45,976 bases of DNA, taken from a virus. Below are positions 40,731 through 45,976 of the stretch, piece by piece. Each line of letters opens with the position of its first letter. Within the stretch, counting starts at the first letter, position 1. The notes beneath the pieces are model-generated. The model was not told the DNA's origin and did not search any database. It worked only from the letters and a program-made list of their open reading frames with translations. The stretch covers positions 1 through 45,976 of the IMG/VR virus record IMGVR_UViG_3300045988_063015. One strand, 5' to 3'. The translations under genes and the position numbers were made by a program.

Positions 40731-41147
40731 ATGAGCAACAAATTGAAGAAAAAGCCGTCAACTAAGTTAAGCCCTGAGACGATGACAGCCGCAGAGGTAA
40801 GCGGGATCACAGGTGTAAAGCTCGAGATCCTGCGGAAATGGGTGGACAGGATGCAGAGAAACCTGTCCGAAGCCTACCAGAAAGAAGCACAGGAAAAGCT
40901 GCTGAAAGCAGAGGACTGCATCAGCGCGGCGAACGTCGTGTGCTCGGCACTGGCGATCTATGAGACCTGGGGGTACAAAAAGGCGCTTGACCGGTACATG
41001 GACAACTACACTACGGCAGTACGGAAGATGAACAGTGTAGGGCTGGCTAAGATGTACGAGGAGCTGAACGAAAAGACCGGCGCGACGTTGGAATTTGAGG
41101 ATATGGATCTCGCAAAAGAGTTTGGTTTTGGAGGAGCGGAAGAATGA
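40731..41147 (+). CDS. Hypothetical protein
   Basis: 138 aa with RBS GGGGAGGG. Confidence 0.55.
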   Translation: MSNKLKKKPSTKLSPETMTAAEVSGITGVKLEILRKWVDRMQRNLSEAYQKEAQEKLLKAEDCISAANVVCSALAIYETWGYKKALDRYMDNYTTAVRKMNSVGLAKMYEELNEKTGATLEFEDMDLAKEFGFGGAEE

Positions 41148-41243
41148 AAGAAACGAAATACGGTAAAAACGATTTCCCGGATGCTCTTCTGAAAGAATGG
41201 GATAAAACGAGAAAACAGATTCTCGGAAAGGAAGGAAAAGAGA

Positions 41244-41393
41244 ATGGAGATCATCGGAATTGTTCTGTTCTGCGCGGTGATTCTCGCGTCAGCAAAACTA
41301 ATGCTTGACCCGCCGGATCGGAAAAAAGATCCGAAAGAGGATGAGGAGCAAATTGAATTTCTGAACGAGTGGAACAAGAAACATAAAAAATAA
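41244..41393 (+). CDS. 49-aa N-terminally anchored small protein
   Basis: MEIIGIVLFCAVILASAKLMLDPPDRKKD..., with RBS GGAAGGAAAAGAG. Confidence 0.35.
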   Translation: MEIIGIVLFCAVILASAKLMLDPPDRKKDPKEDEEQIEFLNEWNKKHKK

Positions 41394-41455
41394 CAAACAC
41401 AAAGAAAGGAGCCAGCCTCCGGCCGGGGCAAGGGTATACCGGTCTTCTTGAGAAA

Positions 41456-41884
41456 ATGGGAGAATTAAGCACAGAAGAATGGAAAAAACAGAAAAAGATA
41501 CAGAGAGCAATCTTCACGGCAAAACAGAATCTGCCGTATGAAGTGAAAATTCGTCGTCAGGCCAGAAGAGCTGAAGCTGATGCAGGGATTCCCAAAAGAT
41601 TATTTTTGAAGTCAGAACTTGGTGGAAGTTTACAGGAATGTGTGATCGCTTGGGATCACTGGTTGACAGAACTTAGAAAGTTTAACATTGATACCGTTGG
41701 TCAGGAATATAGAGAAACAAGAAAAGCTGCTGATTGGTGTCAGGCACAGTGGGAAGTATTTCAGATTGTAATGCGTCAGTTTTACAACATAGAATATCAT
41801 TTCAGTAGAACAGATGAATATTTTGGTGTATGTACCGCAGATGAAACGGATTGGCTGTTTAAGGTAGAAAGAGAGGTGAAATAA
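41456..41884 (+). CDS. Hypothetical protein
   Basis: 142-aa ORF with coding-like composition. Confidence 0.55.
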   Translation: MGELSTEEWKKQKKIQRAIFTAKQNLPYEVKIRRQARRAEADAGIPKRLFLKSELGGSLQECVIAWDHWLTELRKFNIDTVGQEYRETRKAADWCQAQWEVFQIVMRQFYNIEYHFSRTDEYFGVCTADETDWLFKVEREVK

Positions 41885-41886
41885 AA

Positions 41887-42159
41887 ATGAAAATGACAAA
41901 GAAAAATATATCTGAATACTGTTTAAGAAACGGTGTTCTGGTATATGAAAAGTATGACGAAAAAGACAGGAGAAAGAGATTTTATAGAATGAGCATTCCT
42001 GTATTTACAGAAGGAGAGACCATTCCAACATCAAATTATGATTATATCGTGAAAAGACCAGTTGATTGCTATGATTATGTAAATAAATTGTTGGAAGATG
42101 ATAAGTTCAGGCACAACGTAGCAAAATGGGTACGGACATGGGCTGGATATGAAATTTGA
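41887..42159 (+). CDS. Hypothetical protein
   Basis: 90 aa with RBS GAGGTGA. Confidence 0.5.
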   Translation: MKMTKKNISEYCLRNGVLVYEKYDEKDRRKRFYRMSIPVFTEGETIPTSNYDYIVKRPVDCYDYVNKLLEDDKFRHNVAKWVRTWAGYEI

Positions 42160-42216
42160 ATAAGCCGAAACGGTCAGCAATGACCGTCACGCCGTGGGGT
42201 AACTTCCCGGCGTCTG

Positions 42217-42419
42217 ATGATGGCAGGTTATCAGTGTAAAAAAAGAAAGCAGAAAAGGTTCTTGATGAAATTGCTGAGCAAATTGGATGCTGCAAAGCAG
42301 ATGAAATCATTTACGCGGGTAGAGGGATCGGCGGACTCCGTGTAACCGTGTATCAAGCGCTTGCGCAGGAATATGTGTATCAAATGCCAGCAGAAGAGGA
42401 GGAAAAAGATGCTGATTAG
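42217..42419 (+). pseudogene. Small gene split by an A7 run (needs one extra A, or a -1 slip, to be continuous)
   Basis: The ATG at 42217 reads MMAGYQCKK into A7 (42238..42244). The protein-like frame KKAEKVLDEIAEQIGCCKADEIIYAGRGIGGLRVTVYQALAQEYVYQMPAEEEEKDAD has no start codon of its own. Confidence 0.3.
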
Positions 42420-42711
42420 AAGACAGGACAAGAAAGCAATCGTCAATATTGAGACTTGCAGAGTGCTTTATATCGGAAAAACGATTTCCAATCGTTTCAC
42501 GATTCACACAGAGAAAGGCGAACAACTTGGAACCTACAAAACAGAAGAAAGAGCAATGGAAGTGCTGGATATGATCGCAAAGAAGAGCGCAGAGAACAAA
42601 GCAACAGAAATTCTGCGTGGACTATTAGATGAGGAACAATCACTAAACACGGCTCTTTTGACGGCGGAAGAAATCGAAAAAATGTGGTATGTGGATATGC
42701 CGGAGGAGTGA
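42409..42711 (+). CDS. Hypothetical protein
   Basis: 100 aa from the ATG after GAGGAGGAAAAAG. Confidence 0.55.
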   Translation: MLIRRQDKKAIVNIETCRVLYIGKTISNRFTIHTEKGEQLGTYKTEERAMEVLDMIAKKSAENKATEILRGLLDEEQSLNTALLTAEEIEKMWYVDMPEE

Positions 42712-42718
42712 AGACAGA

Positions 42719-42889
42719 ATGACGAAAGAAGAGCTTGTGATAGGGAACAGGTATAAGATCCGCCGCCCGTCAATCGCGGATGGCAACGTAAATTCGTATC
42801 AGTGGAGTGATGCAACTTTAGTTGATATCTCTACACATATTGCGGTATTCAGTGTGGGAGAGTATTGCGTCACTTACAAATTCTGCTAG
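42719..42889 (+). CDS. Hypothetical small protein
   Basis: 56 aa with RBS GGAGGAG. Confidence 0.5.
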   Translation: MTKEELVIGNRYKIRRPSIADGNVNSYQWSDATLVDISTHIAVFSVGEYCVTYKFC

Positions 42890-42935
42890 TTAAGAGATGA
42901 GGTAAAAGAAGCGTAACGCAGAAAGGAGCTGCACC

Positions 42936-43235
42936 ATGAGCATTCGGAGCACATTTTTGAAAGATTACGGGATTTCGAAAGAACTTGGGGATAAGATCGT
43001 ATCATATTGCAGAAACGCGCACGACTACGACCAGAATCTTATCTTGCAGGCCGCACAGAAGACTTGCCCGGAGATATCGAGTGCCCTGTTCGCGAATCTT
43101 ACGCTTGGAATTGGATATGACCGGATCAGCCAGGTGCAGTACATCCCAATGCAGCGGAAAGATTTCCAGGGGTACAGGCGGAAGACAATCGAGGAGCTGT
43201 ATAGATTGCTGCTTCTGCACGGGAAGGAGTTATGA
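42936..43235 (+). CDS. Hypothetical protein (position compatible with a late-gene regulator)
   Basis: 99 aa with RBS AAAGGAG, near the end of the early region and upstream of the packaging module. Confidence 0.5.
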   Translation: MSIRSTFLKDYGISKELGDKIVSYCRNAHDYDQNLILQAAQKTCPEISSALFANLTLGIGYDRISQVQYIPMQRKDFQGYRRKTIEELYRLLLLHGKEL

Positions 43236-43396
43236 TGAAAATTGGAAACAAAAATGTTGCAGAAATCCAGATACTGGACAGAGACAATGATCTGATCGTA
43301 AGTATGGTTGATGAAAATATGATTATCGAGAAAGATTATAAGGTGGTTTTAAGACTGGAAGGAGAAGAAAAAACAGAAACATATCCAGAAGAGTAA
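43232..43396 (+). CDS. 54-aa hypothetical protein
   Basis: MMKIGNKNVAEIQILDRDNDLIVSMVDENMIIEKDYKVVLRLEGEEKTETYPEE, with an ATGA overlap and RBS GGAAGGAG. Confidence 0.45.
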   Translation: MMKIGNKNVAEIQILDRDNDLIVSMVDENMIIEKDYKVVLRLEGEEKTETYPEE

Positions 43397-43417
43397 CAAA
43401 AAGGGTACAACGAAAAG

Positions 43418-43470
43418 CCCCCATGCCAGTACACTAAGAATAGAAGTGTATTAGTATGGGGGTGATTTTT
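43418..43470 (+). terminator. Two-segment hairpin + T5 directly in front of the DUF4417 gene
   Basis: CCCCCAT pairs with ATGGGGG and AGTACAC with GTGTATT, followed by TGATTTTT. The 3' arm contains the GGGGGTGA SD of the ATG at 43471. Confidence 0.5.
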
Positions 43471-44091
43471 ATGCCTACAAACAAGACTTACGACAATCTC
43501 GAGAAAATGATATTCTCCGGCGTGGGAGAATACGGAATCCCCGAAATTATGCCAGAACAGTACAGGAAGTGCGAGTGGATCGGATTCAATTACGCTGCGA
43601 GCACTGCGAGGCGAGCCGGGAAGGGCGTGCATTTCTTCCTGGATGACTACCAGTTCGAACGGGTATGGAACAACCCGGACAGGTATATTGAGGTACTGAG
43701 AGACTATGACTACGTGCTTTCACCGGATTTCAGCATGTACACGGACTTTCCGAAAGCCATGCAGATTTACAACCATTACAGAAAACACTGGTGCGCGGCA
43801 TATATGCAAATGAATGGACTGCGTGTAATACCTACGATCGCATGGAGCGATGAAAGCTCGTTTGAGTGGTGCTTTGATGGCGAGCCGGTGGGAAGCGTGG
43901 TGGCAGTATCCAGTGTGGGAACGCAGAACAGCAAGGCGAAAAAGGCGGCATTCCTGCGGGGATATGAAGAAATGATGAAACGATTATCACCGGAGCATGT
44001 GATCTTCTTCGGGAAAGTTCCGGAAGAACTGGAAGGGTACGTGGAAAAGGTCGCGGCATTCCAGGAGAGATACAAGAAGGAGGGAACCTAA
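43471..44091 (+). CDS. DUF4417-family protein
   Basis: GVHFFLDDYQFERVWNNPDRYIEVL...LSPDFSMYTDFPKAMQIYNHYRKHW has the DUF4417 pattern. An alternative start lies at 43456. Confidence 0.7.
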   Translation: MPTNKTYDNLEKMIFSGVGEYGIPEIMPEQYRKCEWIGFNYAASTARRAGKGVHFFLDDYQFERVWNNPDRYIEVLRDYDYVLSPDFSMYTDFPKAMQIYNHYRKHWCAAYMQMNGLRVIPTIAWSDESSFEWCFDGEPVGSVVAVSSVGTQNSKAKKAAFLRGYEEMMKRLSPEHVIFFGKVPEELEGYVEKVAAFQERYKKEGT

Positions 44092-44483
44092 ATGGGGGGG
44101 GGCGCGGAAGTAGCAGCAACTTACAAAACAGAAGCACCAAGCAATCATTAGAGGAGTTTCTGGGGAAAAGAGGCCTTTCCTCTCCTATGAGTGATTACAT
44201 GGTAGATAAGATGCGTATTCCTCATGGAATGACGCAGAGACAGCAGAAAAAATTCGAAAAAGATGCTGCAAAAGCAAGAGAAGAGTACTCCGCAAAGCGA
44301 GAATCAGCAATCAAGGAATACAATCAAAAAGTTGCATCTGGACAAATTACACAACCAGGTAAGTATGATAAGTTACTGAAAACCGCGAAAGGTCATTCGG
44401 ATAACGAATCCGTGCAGGCGGCCAGAAGAACGCTTACAAAACGCGGCATAGACTGGAAAACAGGAAAAAAATTGAAGAGGTAA
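44092..44483 (+). pseudogene. Gene interrupted by a G9 tract just after its start codon (intact 130-aa product with G10)
   Basis: AGGAGGG RBS lies 8 nt before the ATG at 44092. G9 (44094..44102) gives a 19-aa peptide. G10 reads MGGGRGSSSNLQNRSTKQSLEEFLGKRGLSSP into ORF-track 44187..44483, whose own ATG has no SD. Confidence 0.5.
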
Positions 44484-44488
44484 ACGAT

Positions 44489-44905
44489 ATGGGCGGACGA
44501 GGGGGGGCAAGCGGAATAGGCAGGAAAAGCCAATCCGCGTTGGACCCGAAAGCGAAAGAGCAGACGATCACGACCTATTACCGAAGAAATTCAATCTACG
44601 GAGCACATTATGGAGATGACGTCTTTGAAGCTATGGAGAGAAAGAACGAAAAAGGTGGAATTGAGATTGTAAAAGCATATGGAACGTTTGATAATAGTAA
44701 CCCGAAAGCAAACACCAAGGACGTAACGTATAAGATTAAGCACGGTATTGTGAGCTGGCATGATTCTCGAGGAGTTGAGAGTTATGGAATCAATTGGGAT
44801 AAGGTAAGCAGCGTATCCGGGCAAACCTACAACTTACGCGGAACACTGAAAGAAAAAGGCTTTCGGTGGGACGGTAAAACAAAGAGTTGGGTAAAGAAAG
44901 ACTGA
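44489..44905 (+). CDS. MGGRG-N-terminus protein, unknown function
   Basis: 138 aa starting MGGRGGASGIG, with C-terminal GQTYNLRGTLKEKGFRWDGKTKSWV. Confidence 0.6.
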   Translation: MGGRGGASGIGRKSQSALDPKAKEQTITTYYRRNSIYGAHYGDDVFEAMERKNEKGGIEIVKAYGTFDNSNPKANTKDVTYKIKHGIVSWHDSRGVESYGINWDKVSSVSGQTYNLRGTLKEKGFRWDGKTKSWVKKD

Positions 44906-44927
44906 TCGGTAGGACGGGGAGGACATT

Positions 44928-45191
44928 ATGGCAAACCTAAACGCGATCATTAAAAAATTGCAACGCGCGCTGGTGAAGAACGGGCAAATCGTGAAGATAG
45001 GGACAACACAGTTCTATTCAAAGGAGCAAGAGAGGATGATAACCATGTATATACTGTCAACCCCTGTTGATTTTCTCGGAAAAGCTGGTGTATGGAAACA
45101 AATGGACTATCAGATCATCAGAACAGCATCACAGCTCGATTTGCTGAACTGTCTGGTAGATATGTGGAGGGCACTGCAAGAATGGCAATAG
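44928..45191 (+). CDS. Hypothetical protein
   Basis: 87 aa with RBS GGGGAGGA. Confidence 0.55.
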   Translation: MANLNAIIKKLQRALVKNGQIVKIGTTQFYSKEQERMITMYILSTPVDFLGKAGVWKQMDYQIIRTASQLDLLNCLVDMWRALQEWQ

Positions 45192-45205
45192 ACAGAGGTG
45201 ATTAG

Positions 45206-45631
45206 ATGAGCGTAACAAAAAAACAAAAAGATTTCTGCCATGAGCTGATGGAATGCGGGAATAAGGCGGAAGCGGCAAGAAAAGCGGGGTATTCTGAGAA
45301 GACAGCACCGCAAATGGCAAGCGAGAACTTAAAAAAGCCGAATGTCCGAGAATATTTACGCCATCTGGAGGAGCAAGTTGAGAGCGAAAAGGTCGCTACT
45401 ATCAAGGAAATACAGGAATTTTACACTTCGGTTATGCGAGGTGAGGTAAAGGACCAGTTTGGGCTTGAAGTATCAATTGATACCAGAATGGCGGCAGGCC
45501 GGGAGCTTATGAAACGAATTGAGCTGACGGAGAAAACGAAAGCAAACGGCGATGGCATTACGATAATCAACAATATTCCACGCCCGGAGGGAAAGAATGG
45601 AAAGCAGCGTAAACGCAGTAAATCTAACTGA
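45206..45631 (+). CDS. terS: Terminase small subunit (Terminase_2 / P27-like)
   Basis: KKQKDFCHELMECGNKAEAARKAGYSEKTAPQMASENLKKPNVREYL has the terS pattern, and the gene overlaps the terL start. Confidence 0.8.
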   Translation: MSVTKKQKDFCHELMECGNKAEAARKAGYSEKTAPQMASENLKKPNVREYLRHLEEQVESEKVATIKEIQEFYTSVMRGEVKDQFGLEVSIDTRMAAGRELMKRIELTEKTKANGDGITIINNIPRPEGKNGKQRKRSKSN

Positions 45632-45976
45632 CATCATCGCGCCTGCTTTCTATGCTGTCCATTGGGATATTCTTGACGGCAACCACACTTATTATGACCT
45701 GTACGGAGGACGCGGATCCACAAAGTCATCATTTGTAGGTGTTGAAATTCCGCTCGGGATGATGATGGACGCGGAAAAAGGAGAGCATACAAATGCTGTG
45801 ATATTCCGAAAGGTTGGAAATACCCTGCGAGAATCAGTGTTTGAGCAGATCGCATGGGGAATTGATGCACTTGGTGCGAATGATCTTTGGTCGGCGAGCG
45901 TAAGTCCGATGCAATACACTTATAAGCCGACAGGGCAGAAGATTATCTTCCGCGGGCTGGACAAGGCAAAAAAAAC
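45597..45976 (+). CDS. terL: Terminase large subunit, N-terminal (ATPase) part; runs off the window end and continues at 2..958
   Basis: MESSVNAVNLTDIIAPAFYAVHWDILDGNHTYYDLYGGRGSTKSSF carries a Walker A motif (GGRGSTKS). There is no stop before the window end, and it is in frame with 8..958 through the 75-nt overlap. Confidence 0.88.
   Translation, partial: MESSVNAVNLTDIIAPAFYAVHWDILDGNHTYYDLYGGRGSTKSSFVGVEIPLGMMMDAEKGEHTNAVIFRKVGNTLRESVFEQIAWGIDALGANDLWSASVSPMQYTYKPTGQKIIFRGLDKAKK
45902..45976. repeat. Terminal overlap, copy 2 (identical to 1..75)
   Basis: Same 75-mer as at the window start. Confidence 0.95.

Larger units (their letters stand above)
1..45976. mobile_element. Complete temperate siphovirus-type phage genome (45,901-bp circle plus 75-nt overlap)
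   Basis: Full set of packaging, head, neck, tail, lysis, integration, lysogeny-switch and replication modules is present. The window ends are identical over 75 nt. Confidence 0.85.

Overview
The window holds one complete temperate tailed-phage genome of siphovirus type, with a Firmicutes/Clostridia-like gene set. The last 75 nt (45902..45976) repeat the first 75 nt exactly, so the unit is a 45,901-bp circle or circular permutation, and terL wraps the junction (45597..45976 joined to 2..958). Gene order: terL, zinc-ribbon ORF, portal, a holin-like paralogue, MuF/gp7-like head protein, an unusual ~3.8-kb accessory island inside the head module (4103..7920), a 390-nt structured non-coding leader, scaffold, major capsid, neck proteins, major tail, chaperones, tape measure, Dit/Tal, fibre genes, lysis cassette, a self-contained moron cassette, attP (3' part of a tRNA-Lys-UUU) with a tyrosine integrase, a lysogeny switch (S24-type repressor, a second XRE repressor, cro), antirepressor, a recombination/replication module (ERF, HNH, resolvase-like nuclease, replisome organizer), small early genes, DUF4417, terS. 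The most striking signal lies downstream of the tail fibre: three diverged paralogous ORFs all start MxRRR. The second and third are each preceded by a short leader ORF carrying a perfect microsatellite, (GGTC)7 or (ACAGC)7. In each case only one of three frames lets the leader terminate on top of the downstream start codon (ATGA / ATGGTAA). In this sequence the first leader is in the coupling frame and the second is not, which looks like a slipped-strand, translational-coupling phase switch for alternative fibre-associated proteins. A G9 tract directly after a strong RBS+ATG (44092) truncates another gene that would be intact with G10. Other notable items are a hairpin+SD leader motif repeated three times with a compensatory base change, a tRNA-like T-arm/acceptor element, a 450-nt purine-only non-coding block in front of a protein with a RAMP-like glycine-rich loop, and BclA-C-terminal-like and ferritin-like genes next to the capsid genes. 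All functional calls come from reading motifs by eye; no searches were run.
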